Positions 1 through 9,050 of a DNA stretch of 64,000 nt are shown piece after piece (positions within the stretch are counted from its first letter, which is position 1; every line of letters starts with the position of its first letter). Both the position numbers and the translations under genes were made by a program. The DNA is from a virus. The notes beneath the pieces are model-generated. The model worked only from the letters and a program-made list of their open reading frames with translations, ran no database searches and was not told the DNA's origin. The stretch lies in the IMG/VR virus record IMGVR_UViG_2907408351_000002; one strand, given 5' to 3'.

Positions 1-1
1 T

Positions 2-412
2 AGTTGGGATTTAAACCAGAATGGAATTAAAATCCCACTCGATGTTCGAAAATTTTCGAATCTATGGGAACAAAAATATTATCTAAAATTATTGGATATC
101 AAAGAGAAGATAGCGAGACTTAAAAAGGAAAGGCCGGACGCACGTATTCGACGAAAGGTTATCCTTGATACGATGGCATTGAATCGAGAATATCATGAAT
201 ACCAAGATTGTGAAAGTGCATTAACGAGACTTCTTCAGGATATTCAGTCTGGACAGATTCAGGTCGTGAGTATGCTCTTGATTTCCATAAAATCCATCGT
301 CGGTGAAATGGTTATTGATTTAGAAGGATCTGGTTTAACAAAAGAAGAACGAATCGAACTCTTAGAAGAAGCATTAGAAATTGAAAAGCGAGAGGGAGGA
401 AAATGGAATTAA
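2..412 (+). CDS. Hypothetical protein, probably 5'-truncated (reading frame open from window edge to ATG at 92)
   Basis: ORF track 92..412; same frame has no stop between nt 2 and 92, so gene may start upstream of window. Confidence 0.35.
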   Translation, partial: SWDLNQNGIKIPLDVRKFSNLWEQKYYLKLLDIKEKIARLKKERPDARIRRKVILDTMALNREYHEYQDCESALTRLLQDIQSGQIQVVSMLLISIKSIVGEMVIDLEGSGLTKEERIELLEEALEIEKREGGKWN

Positions 413-613
413 CAAACCTCTATTATATTGATCCTGGTATAAAGAAAGTGGTCATTTTTTGTATTCTGAATTTTGAAATCTGTTATTATAAGCAATTCTA
501 TAATCTAAGACGCTGTTCTGATTCGCTCCTTATCTATGAATCGAGAAATTATTTTGAAGTAAAACACTATGCTGAAAATCAAGATTGTATTTTAGTGGGG
601 CCTTTTTACAAAT

Positions 614-1759
614 ATGGGACGTGAATTTCTAAAAACGGGTGGAAACACTTTCAAAGTCGAGATCGGTCCTTCAACTTTCAATCCAAATCCTCCAGACGAT
701 TTAATTCAAAGGCAAGGCGAACCGGTAATATGGTTGAGGTATTTTCCGAATCCAGACACGAACAGTCAGCAACTTATGGCGCTCCCTGGCAAGAATGGAA
801 CTATCTATCGGATTGATCAAACCTTTAGAGTTCCATTGGAGGATCTTCAAAATCAACAGTTTGATGGGAACGATCTTTACACTAGATACGGACCAATTTT
901 AAAAATTCGTAGGTTGTATGTGGTGCGCGCCGAAGAGGAAGGAGGAAACCTTGATTTAGAAATCGAAGAATTCGAAGGCAATAGGATAAGAATAGTTCCG
1001 AACAGGGAATTCGAATCCTATATGTTGGTGCGATGCGATTATGAAATTTCGGTAATCGATAAAGAAGAAATAATTTCAGTTGTTCAGAAGTTTGAAGGCG
1101 GAGTAGTAAATTTAGAACTTTTCCCACATAAATTAGTAACGAACGTTAAAGAAATTTGGCGTAAGAGGCCAACCGAAGATAAATTCTCCAAACTCTCTGA
1201 TTTCAAACACGACCTCGTAAACATATTTCTTAAAGATGTTTCTTCAATTGGATCTGTCTACGAAGTTAAGTTTGATTCTTTCTCTCCTATCAAAATTGGT
1301 TACAGAATGATAGAAGCGAAAGATCGGCGTTTAGGGAAATCCGGTATAGATTTGCAAATTGGCGACCTTGATGTCGTTGTGGGTTCAACGACAAACTTTG
1401 CAAAGGACGATTTGATTATCTTATTGAATTCTCTCATGACCGAGAAAGAAATTTGCAAAAGAAATGAAGAAGGTCTGTATCCAATAAAATACACACCAGT
1501 AAGAGAAATCTATGCAATCCATTCTCAGGATAAAGAATACACAAACTACTCCATTGAGAAATTTAGATTTTTGCGATTGAATGAGAAAACCCTTCCTAAT
1601 CAAATTTCAATCGTTTACGGATATAATCCGAAGTTCAAAATCTTGCCGTCTACTAAGCTATCTGCTCTTGCTGATAAAGTTCAGCCGCGAGAATGGGTTG
1701 CAAGATTGGAACCTGCACTTCTCGATCTTTCGGAAATAATCACCGTCATTTCGCGTTAA
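614..1759 (+). CDS. Hypothetical virion-module protein (381 aa)
   Basis: Long ORF, co-directional and tightly spaced with downstream structural genes; no motif recognised. Confidence 0.5.
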   Translation: MGREFLKTGGNTFKVEIGPSTFNPNPPDDLIQRQGEPVIWLRYFPNPDTNSQQLMALPGKNGTIYRIDQTFRVPLEDLQNQQFDGNDLYTRYGPILKIRRLYVVRAEEEGGNLDLEIEEFEGNRIRIVPNREFESYMLVRCDYEISVIDKEEIISVVQKFEGGVVNLELFPHKLVTNVKEIWRKRPTEDKFSKLSDFKHDLVNIFLKDVSSIGSVYEVKFDSFSPIKIGYRMIEAKDRRLGKSGIDLQIGDLDVVVGSTTNFAKDDLIILLNSLMTEKEICKRNEEGLYPIKYTPVREIYAIHSQDKEYTNYSIEKFRFLRLNEKTLPNQISIVYGYNPKFKILPSTKLSALADKVQPREWVARLEPALLDLSEIITVISR

Positions 1760-1763
1760 ATTA

Positions 1764-4040
1764 TTGCAATGTAAAAACAATCTTCGATTTGTCCCCCATC
1801 GTATGAATCAAGACGAGATAATCCAGAGTTTCTTAAAAGGGCGGAAATTTGAAGTTGGAAGGGAAAGCGTTAGGAAGGACGGAATTTACAGAAAGATTTC
1901 CGATTCAGGTGAAAAATCTAAACAGTGGAAGCTAATTCAAAAACATAACGAGGATAAAAAAAGATTCTCAAAAATATTAGAAGCGATAACGAACTTCTTC
2001 GGAGCTGATAAGAAGGACGCAAAGTTTATTCCGAAACGTGAATACGATTCCAATAAAATCGAAGATAAAGGAATCTCTATTCAAGAGTGGACAAGACATT
2101 TTACTAAATATTTTGAAAGTAAATCTCAAATCGATGCAAAATTTCATCAAGAAAAGAATGCAACTGAAACGAATTCGACTATTATCGAAAATAAGAATAA
2201 TTCAAATCAGGTAACAAATTTCACAACGAATATCACGAATCAAAATACAGGCAAACCTACATTCAAAAAATCAATTTTCAAAATACTTTACGACCTTTAT
2301 GGAGATGGAAATGGAAAATCAAATCGCGATAATGAATCGAATAATCGAGTCGAGTTATCAAATTCTACCGACAAGGGATCCGGAATGGGTCTATCAAAGC
2401 CTACTCGGGATGGCGAAAGCGGACAAATTAGAACCGACACCGGAAAATCTGCTCTCTTTGGCAGGAAATCTGGAAATGGATCTTCTTCAAGAGTTTCAAG
2501 TGACGAACGAATAACAAAAGAAGAATCGTTGGCGCTTTCCGTAGCGGACAAACTAAATACTTTTCGAGGCCTCTGGAGCAAGAAAAAACAAAACGAGATC
2601 AATTTAGAATGTAAGAAAATCCTTTCTACCACCCCACCTGAACAAATTACTTCAGAACAAAAAGAAATTTTAAGATTATACGAAGGTTCTGGAGGACAAA
2701 CGACAAATGCAGAAGTGGAGGCGAATAGAGGAATGCTATATCAATTCCTTACTCCAACAAAAGTCGTCGAGAAAATGCAGGATATACTTTCTCGCTATGT
2801 GAATGAGGGGGACAAGGGCATGGAACCTTCGGCTGGTATCGGCAGGTTTGCTGATGGCAAAGGAGGAAAATACAATTGGGATATGATGGAATATAACCCG
2901 GATGATAAAACAGCCTTTTCTATCGCAAAAATCTTAAATCCAGAAGCGATCGGAATTTTAACTTCGGATACAAAAAATAAAAAAGCAAAAGATCCTGAAC
3001 TTGGAAAGCAGGGACTTTCAAGGTTCACTGAAATTTCCCAGCAATTCAATTCAGCAAAACATCCTTGTAAGATTCTTATTGGGTCGGACGTAATCAAGGA
3101 AGGTGTTTCTTTGAATAACAATACAATTGCCGCGTATAATGCCTCGATAGATTGGAATCCAACTACAGAGGTTCAGAAAAGAGGTAGGCACCATCGACCG
3201 GGAAATTTACAAAAGAATGTTCAATGGATAGATATCTTGATGGAAGACTCTATTGATTCGAAACTCTATCAAAAGCAATCCGAAAAAATTTCTCGTATCA
3301 ATCAAATATTTGAAAAGAGTGGATCGGCAGCAATCGATGTTTCAGATATAAATCCGGAAGAATTGAAAACCGATATAATTCGAGATCCTAAAAGGAAGGC
3401 TCAATTTATTGTAAATGAAGAGGCTGCAAAAGTAAGGCAGGAAGCAAAGGAGCTCCAAGGAAAGTCTTTCACGCTTCAGGGTATAGTCGATGAAATTAGG
3501 GAACTTAGAAACACAGTCCAAAACGAAGAACGATGGTTAAGTGAAGAAAAAAAAGATCTAAAGGAAAATGTAGAAGAGTTTAACAAACTCAAAAAAAAAG
3601 GACGATCGGAAAGCTATGGACCACTGTCCGAATTCTCAATTAGCTATCAAAGAAAGAAAGTTCAAGACTTAGTTACAAGTCTTTCAATCAATAAAGCCAA
3701 GCTACAAAGAAATGAAGAGAACCTAGAAAGAAAAGGACTAAGTGATTTGGTTAAAGCCGAATCAGCGGCGAATAAACTTATGAGTGAGTCAGATAAACTA
3801 TCAGAAAAGGTCCGAGAAATACTCGGGAATAAGAAGGAAGAGTATATTTCAAAATTCACGAAGGAACTCGCGGAGAAGGAGAAGAACAAAGCGAAGGAAT
3901 CAATTGATTCGATTGTTTATAAGCATGTCCGCGAACTTTTATCCGTAGCAGGAATAAACGAGTTCCGTAAATCGCTTGCTTTGAATTCCGAAATCAGGAA
4001 TCGAATTACTCTAAAGCGATACTTGAAATCGGCATGTTAG
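1764..4040 (+). CDS. Large virion-module protein with N6-adenine MTase-like motifs (QFLTP / MEPSAGIGRF) and SNF2-type helicase C-terminal motifs V/VI (LIGSDVIKEGVSL / DWNPtteVQkrGRhHRpG); N/S/T-rich N-terminus, coiled-coil C-terminus
   Basis: Motifs read directly in translation (about nt 2715-2828 and 3073-3203). No Walker A/DEXH core between them. Confidence 0.6.
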   Translation: MQCKNNLRFVPHRMNQDEIIQSFLKGRKFEVGRESVRKDGIYRKISDSGEKSKQWKLIQKHNEDKKRFSKILEAITNFFGADKKDAKFIPKREYDSNKIEDKGISIQEWTRHFTKYFESKSQIDAKFHQEKNATETNSTIIENKNNSNQVTNFTTNITNQNTGKPTFKKSIFKILYDLYGDGNGKSNRDNESNNRVELSNSTDKGSGMGLSKPTRDGESGQIRTDTGKSALFGRKSGNGSSSRVSSDERITKEESLALSVADKLNTFRGLWSKKKQNEINLECKKILSTTPPEQITSEQKEILRLYEGSGGQTTNAEVEANRGMLYQFLTPTKVVEKMQDILSRYVNEGDKGMEPSAGIGRFADGKGGKYNWDMMEYNPDDKTAFSIAKILNPEAIGILTSDTKNKKAKDPELGKQGLSRFTEISQQFNSAKHPCKILIGSDVIKEGVSLNNNTIAAYNASIDWNPTTEVQKRGRHHRPGNLQKNVQWIDILMEDSIDSKLYQKQSEKISRINQIFEKSGSAAIDVSDINPEELKTDIIRDPKRKAQFIVNEEAAKVRQEAKELQGKSFTLQGIVDEIRELRNTVQNEERWLSEEKKDLKENVEEFNKLKKKGRSESYGPLSEFSISYQRKKVQDLVTSLSINKAKLQRNEENLERKGLSDLVKAESAANKLMSESDKLSEKVREILGNKKEEYISKFTKELAEKEKNKAKESIDSIVYKHVRELLSVAGINEFRKSLALNSEIRNRITLKRYLKSAC

Positions 4041-4076
4041 GAAATATTCTCTTGACTAAAATATTTAATAAAGGAT

Positions 4077-5039
4077 TTGTCCCAAGCCATGGCGAATAAT
4101 TGGAAAGGATTTCTTTTTGATAACCCAGATAGAGAAGCGAATCGCCATCTTTTGGAACGGTGTTTTACCGGGAAGGATGTCGCAACGATCGAGAACGGCC
4201 TTCCAGCGCAAGGTGGATGGGGAGCCGTAACGACACCCGATGAAATTCGTTATTCGTGGATGGTTGGAAATTCCCGTTTGATGTCCACGGATGGATCATA
4301 TATTACGAACGAAAATCTTCAAGGTTTGATCCACACTTTGACTTTAGCTTTATCGAATGAGCTCGAGCACGATATTTACCCACAAGTCTACCGTCATAGG
4401 CCGAAAGGAAACCTTCCTCGTAACATTGAGGACCACGCAAAATGGTTCGATGCGATCGATTTCAAAAATGAAGATGTTGGAAATAATTTCTTCGTTTCAT
4501 TGGGGAAAGTGCCTTTGATTAGAGTTTTACGATGGGAATTTGTGAATCCTGTATCCCGAAACTCTGACAATATTCCCGATGGTATGTCGATCGATCTTTT
4601 AAGCAAAGCGAGAATAAATTACGAGTCCGGGATTTTGAGATCAGTTGGGATGCTCGGGAATGGTTTCAATATTAACCCCAATGCCGCGATGAGGTCACAA
4701 AGAGTTTTTGCCGGTCTTCCACAAACAAGGGTTCCGACAGTCCATTACATTGATTTCATTTCAGGATACGATTCCGCAGCGCGAGTTCCCGCGGAATTGA
4801 GAGAAGTGATCGGAATTTTGGCGTGTTTAAGAGTGATGTCCGCACATGGTGAATCTAAAGCCGGCGCGATTGCATCCTACTCTGTGGGGGTCGGGCCGTT
4901 GCACGAATCCATATCCACAACTCAGTCAGCCACTTCATCGTTATTTGGAGCGCGGCAGCTTGAGCTTTACAACAGATTAAAAGCAATTGGTCCTGGACTT
5001 ATTGAAAGGTACAAACAAAAGCGCCTCGCAATTTTATAA
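4077..5039 (+). CDS. Hypothetical head-module protein (320 aa)
   Basis: ORF in structural operon; no motif recognised. Confidence 0.5.
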   Translation: MSQAMANNWKGFLFDNPDREANRHLLERCFTGKDVATIENGLPAQGGWGAVTTPDEIRYSWMVGNSRLMSTDGSYITNENLQGLIHTLTLALSNELEHDIYPQVYRHRPKGNLPRNIEDHAKWFDAIDFKNEDVGNNFFVSLGKVPLIRVLRWEFVNPVSRNSDNIPDGMSIDLLSKARINYESGILRSVGMLGNGFNINPNAAMRSQRVFAGLPQTRVPTVHYIDFISGYDSAARVPAELREVIGILACLRVMSAHGESKAGAIASYSVGVGPLHESISTTQSATSSLFGARQLELYNRLKAIGPGLIERYKQKRLAIL

Positions 5040-5051
5040 AAAAAGGAGAAC

Positions 5052-5078
5052 GGCTTATCGCCACACTGGCAATAAGCC
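5052..5078. promoter_or_regulatory. Hairpin GGCTTAT-CGCC-ACACT-GGCA-ATAAGCC after the 4077..5039 gene (no T-run)
   Basis: Inverted repeat read directly in sequence. Confidence 0.25.
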
Positions 5079-5089
5079 AAGAAATTTGA

Positions 5090-5497
5090 ATGGGTAGATC
5101 ATCGAGAGCATTTTCAAGACGTTTTGAAAAGAAACGTGTTCGAGAAATTTTAAACAAAGAATCATTCGAACTTTTAGGATTTTCGAAAAAGTTTTATGAT
5201 GAGAACATGAATCCGATTCAAAAATGGGTCGTACTAGCGCTCTTTAAAATGCGATTTCAAAAACTTTCTAAATTTGTACAATCCTTCGCGGGATTTACAA
5301 TTACACACGTTTCAAAAATTCCTCCAAAGATCGATATTTATTCTATGGGCACGTACGTCGGTGTCATCGGATATTTTCATTGGACAGGAAACCTTATCAT
5401 TGCTCGTATTCTAAGTTTAGGAAAGGATCCGGCTAAACTGATTGAATCGGCAAAGGTATTAGTTGCTTCAAATTATCGAGAATCTCTGAGTGAATGA
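5090..5497 (+). CDS. Questionable ORF (135 aa) overlapping an antisense ORF
   Basis: ORF track only; no RBS; overlaps 5433..5837 on minus strand. Confidence 0.2.
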   Translation: MGRSSRAFSRRFEKKRVREILNKESFELLGFSKKFYDENMNPIQKWVVLALFKMRFQKLSKFVQSFAGFTITHVSKIPPKIDIYSMGTYVGVIGYFHWTGNLIIARILSLGKDPAKLIESAKVLVASNYRESLSE

Positions 5498-5837
5498 TCC
5501 GAATACGATTGAAGAGCGCGTTTAATTCTGGTTTAGGCGCTTTCATCTTCTTTTGTTTTGGAGTCATGATATCGTATAGATTCCGGTGGTTTATGAATAT
5601 TGAATCTATCAGAGATAGCGTTAAATTTTTTTGTGCGTGAGTTAGGTAAGTAGGTTTTTGACGGATATCTTTTAGTTTTTTCATTTGGGAAGGATATATC
5701 GCAATCTTACCTTCCTCTTGAAGAACAAAGATCCGATCAATCGCCGCGTGAATAACTATAAATTCTGATTGAGGTATATTCGGTTGGTCCTGCATTTCTC
5801 TAGGAGAAAAACTTCTTAAGATTTTTTTGACAATCAT
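5433..5837 (-). CDS. Questionable antisense ORF (134 aa) inside head module gap, possible moron
   Basis: ORF track only; weak GGAAAT upstream of ATG. Confidence 0.25.
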   Translation of the reverse strand: MIVKKILRSFSPREMQDQPNIPQSEFIVIHAAIDRIFVLQEEGKIAIYPSQMKKLKDIRQKPTYLTHAQKNLTLSLIDSIFINHRNLYDIMTPKQKKMKAPKPELNALFNRIRIIHSEILDNLKQLIPLPIQSV

Positions 5838-5910
5838 TATTTTTTTTGTTGCATTTCCTATGAAGGATTCCTCTTGTCCGTCTCCAGTTATTTACATTGC
5901 GGAGAGATAA

Positions 5911-6708
5911 ATGAACCCGGACATTCGGCAAAGAATCCAATTCAATCAAAGCGAAATTTTAAAATCCGAAGTTCTTCTAACTTCATCCGAAAGAATTGGA
6001 CTCAACTTAATCACGGGAAGTAACCCTTTCTTTGCAAGGGAATCCGATACGGGAAGAATACTTTTTTGGGACGGTTGTCGCTGGGTGGATGTATTAAGCG
6101 ATCCGGGATTCTTAGGAGTAAACATTCTTCGATTGGCTTCGAATGTTTCCGATGGAGAAACGATTTCTATTGGCGGACTTACATTTCAATTTGATAGAGC
6201 TGCGGCGGGGGTCCCTGCCGGTAGAATCGGAATCACCTCACATTCAGACGACACACCGGTGAACGTTTCGACTTCGATTGTAGCGGCAATCAATTCTCAG
6301 AATCGGTCCGAAGTTTTGGCTATGAAAATGTCAAATAACGAAATTCTTACGATCAATAAAGACTTCGAATCGAATCCGTCCTTTGGATCAACCATGGCCG
6401 GTGCAAACAATCAGTGGGCATCACCGAATTCTATAGTAGGTGAAAAACCCGGAACGGTTCAATCGGGCTTTGTGAAAAGAATTCCAACCGCCGTGGAAGT
6501 GGCTCTCGGAAAAATTCGAGTAGTTTTTGATTTCCCACCGACTCTTCTGGAAATTCGCGTAGTTCTTTCCGCAAAACCGGGCGTTCAAGTCGCCTGGGAT
6601 GGGACGGTATCGGTATCAGGGAACATTCTTACACTCGATAACGCATCCGGTTCCACTCCGTTTTTGGCAACTCATACAATTACTCTTTGGGTAGGAAAGA
6701 GTGCGTAA
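5911..6708 (+). CDS. Hypothetical head-module protein (265 aa)
   Basis: First gene of translationally coupled run 5911-8311 (overlapping stops/starts). Confidence 0.5.
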   Translation: MNPDIRQRIQFNQSEILKSEVLLTSSERIGLNLITGSNPFFARESDTGRILFWDGCRWVDVLSDPGFLGVNILRLASNVSDGETISIGGLTFQFDRAAAGVPAGRIGITSHSDDTPVNVSTSIVAAINSQNRSEVLAMKMSNNEILTINKDFESNPSFGSTMAGANNQWASPNSIVGEKPGTVQSGFVKRIPTAVEVALGKIRVVFDFPPTLLEIRVVLSAKPGVQVAWDGTVSVSGNILTLDNASGSTPFLATHTITLWVGKSA

Positions 6709-7033
6709 AGTTTTCACCGCTCAAGATCTCGAACTTTCGCGGATCAATAACCACTTCACGATTCCTTTGGTTTCGGTAGATGAAGAAGGTAATCCGATAC
6801 CAAGTCCAAAAATTGTTCTTACAAATCCAGAACGAATTTTCGTGATTTTGGAAGTTAGAGCCGCGGGACCGTGGACTATTACATACCTGAATAACTCCGC
6901 AAAAGATGAAGAGCAAGAATACACAAGAAACGGAAACGGGAATGAACAATTTACCGTTCCGTTTTCCGTAGAAAAAGCAACCCTAACCGGAATTTCAGAA
7001 GTTTCCGGATATTTTATTCCCGTTTTCAAATGA
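6701..7033 (+). CDS. Hypothetical head-module protein (110 aa)
   Basis: 8-nt overlap with upstream gene, 4-nt overlap with downstream; antisense ORF 6721..7029 rejected. Confidence 0.45.
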   Translation: MRKVFTAQDLELSRINNHFTIPLVSVDEEGNPIPSPKIVLTNPERIFVILEVRAAGPWTITYLNNSAKDEEQEYTRNGNGNEQFTVPFSVEKATLTGISEVSGYFIPVFK

Positions 7034-7437
7034 ATCGCCTACGAGTAAAAATTGATATTTCTTTAGTCAATGAGAATGGAGGACTTACTCCTTTCCCAAC
7101 AAAATCGGTTGATTACGATTTTGCAGCGGGAAGTTTCGGAGATTTTTTTGATATCGATAACAATTCACGGGATACTCAAGTTTCTCCGATTCAAGTCGAT
7201 CTTTCTCGTTACAAAACAATCAACGCCGTTTTTCTCTTTGCAAATTATACGGATTCCGATCAGGAAAATGGAATCAAGGCCGGTGATCCCGCTAAAATTC
7301 AATTCCAATCAAAATTGAATGGGGATTGGAAGGAAGCGGAAGTCGTTGCATTGGGAGGATTTCAACCAGAGCAACTTTTAGTTAAGGCACTGGGGACGAG
7401 ACGAATCCGAGTCACAGAGGTAATATCAAGTGAGTGA
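7030..7437 (+). CDS. Hypothetical head-module protein (135 aa)
   Basis: Translational coupling in operon. Confidence 0.45.
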   Translation: MNRLRVKIDISLVNENGGLTPFPTKSVDYDFAAGSFGDFFDIDNNSRDTQVSPIQVDLSRYKTINAVFLFANYTDSDQENGIKAGDPAKIQFQSKLNGDWKEAEVVALGGFQPEQLLVKALGTRRIRVTEVISSE

Positions 7438-8311
7438 TTTCAAAAAAGTCAAAAGTCAACCCTTTCTCAAATCAGCACAAATTCAGGAAGTTGAGAGAGA
7501 AGGAAAGATGCTTAACGTCTTACTAAAAATCTCAAGCGAAACAAGGGATCGACAAGGTGATATGATTCTAAAAGGCGCGTGGGATCATCCAGATGATAAG
7601 GCATACTTTAAAAGTAAATCCTACATAGATTGGAATCATCTTTCTCATGTATTGACTTTTTCAAAATCCGATTCAGCAATCCATCGCGCCGAAATTGAAA
7701 AGGCGAGACAGGGCGCGGTTCTTGGTCGACCTAAAGGGGATTATTTTTGGGAGAACGACGGGCTCTATTGCCAAGCAAGACTCAATACGGAAAACGAATT
7801 TATTAAACCGTATGTTCCTTTGATAGAAGATGGCTTTGCGGGCCTTGAGGCTTCGGCTGCCGGTGGCTTTTATAAACCGACTCAGGAAACAATTTCTAAA
7901 TACGGTCCAAATACTTACGATCGAGCAAGAATCAGTCACATCGCAATTTGTCCACCCGGTCAGGCAGTAAATCCGGACACACAAATGGTCCTCATGAAAT
8001 CCGTACTCGCACAAACTTTCAATTCGGGAATCGCCGGGAGTAATCCTCCGGGTACTGAAATCGTAGTTGGAAAAATAGAAACCCTCCCTCCGATCCCTGA
8101 GAATGCCAATGAAGCAATTTTAGAATACATTCTTCAGTCTTGGGGATATCGAGATTACGTTTCTGATTCACTGATCAAATACATGGAAGCTGGTATTTTA
8201 AAACCGGAATTCGAAGCGATTCGAGATTTCATGATTAAATACGGACTCAACCCGCAGGAAGCCAGCGGACAAACCGTGAAACTTTTAGTTCATTTAGACC
8301 AAAAAGGTTAA
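7430..8311 (+). CDS. Putative prohead protease (assigned by position only: precedes scaffold-like and capsid-like genes)
   Basis: Synteny protease-scaffold-capsid; no catalytic motif confirmed by eye. Confidence 0.45.
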   Translation: MSDFKKVKSQPFLKSAQIQEVEREGKMLNVLLKISSETRDRQGDMILKGAWDHPDDKAYFKSKSYIDWNHLSHVLTFSKSDSAIHRAEIEKARQGAVLGRPKGDYFWENDGLYCQARLNTENEFIKPYVPLIEDGFAGLEASAAGGFYKPTQETISKYGPNTYDRARISHIAICPPGQAVNPDTQMVLMKSVLAQTFNSGIAGSNPPGTEIVVGKIETLPPIPENANEAILEYILQSWGYRDYVSDSLIKYMEAGILKPEFEAIRDFMIKYGLNPQEASGQTVKLLVHLDQKG

Positions 8312-8321
8312 GGAGAAATAA

Positions 8322-9047
8322 ATGAAAGATAAATACGAACAGTGGAAGAAAGGTTTCTTAAGCCCATTTATGAAATCGGAAACCACTCCTCCCGACAGTA
8401 CACCGCCTCCCGAAGCGAATGCGGCGGAAGAGCAGGAATCAGCGATCACTGACGAACTCATTTCGAAGTTGCAAGCTGCGATCGAGAAAGGCGAGGTAAA
8501 AGTCGAAGAAACCGCGATCAAAAAATGGTGCAAGGCGAACGGATTAGAGGAAGAAGATTCTCAAACCGTTTGGGATACGATTAAAGAAATCGTCGATGAG
8601 GAATCTTCCACTGGAACTGAACCGGACAAAACGATGGAAAAGGGAGGATTTGCTTCTTTGAAGTTACGAACTGAGTTTAAGGAATTCAGCAAATCTCTAA
8701 GTTCAATTTCGAAAAGGGACAAGGAACACAGCGCCGTCCTCGCACTCTTAATCCAAGACCTTCAAGCGTCGGATAAACAAATCACTGAGTTCAAAACTCA
8801 AATCGAATTTCTAAAGTCAGAAATTCAAAAAATCGGTGGAAACCCTAAGGATCCAAAAGATTCAAAAACTTCCATCGATCAGATTCCGGACGATCAACTT
8901 GGAACTCGGGATCAGATTGTAAAGAAACTGTTCAAGGGAGTTCAAGATAAAGCCTTAAACTTCGGTGACCTTCAGATATACAAATCACAAGGAACTCTCA
9001 CGGAACCTGCGAAATTATTTTTAAAATCTTCACAAGGAGGAAACTAG
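8322..9047 (+). CDS. Putative scaffolding protein (acidic, helical/coiled-coil, 241 aa)
   Basis: Composition (E/K/D-rich, heptad-like) and position immediately upstream of the capsid candidate. Confidence 0.45.
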   Translation: MKDKYEQWKKGFLSPFMKSETTPPDSTPPPEANAAEEQESAITDELISKLQAAIEKGEVKVEETAIKKWCKANGLEEEDSQTVWDTIKEIVDEESSTGTEPDKTMEKGGFASLKLRTEFKEFSKSLSSISKRDKEHSAVLALLIQDLQASDKQITEFKTQIEFLKSEIQKIGGNPKDPKDSKTSIDQIPDDQLGTRDQIVKKLFKGVQDKALNFGDLQIYKSQGTLTEPAKLFLKSSQGGN

Positions 9048-9050
9048 AAG

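Noticed and set aside
403-624. 73-aa ORF in the first intergenic gap
   Set aside because: AT-rich, hydrophobic and low-complexity with no RBS; likely spurious.
6721-7029. Antisense 102-aa ORF opposite 6701..7033
   Set aside because: The plus-strand ORF is translationally coupled to both neighbours, so the antisense ORF is taken as spurious.
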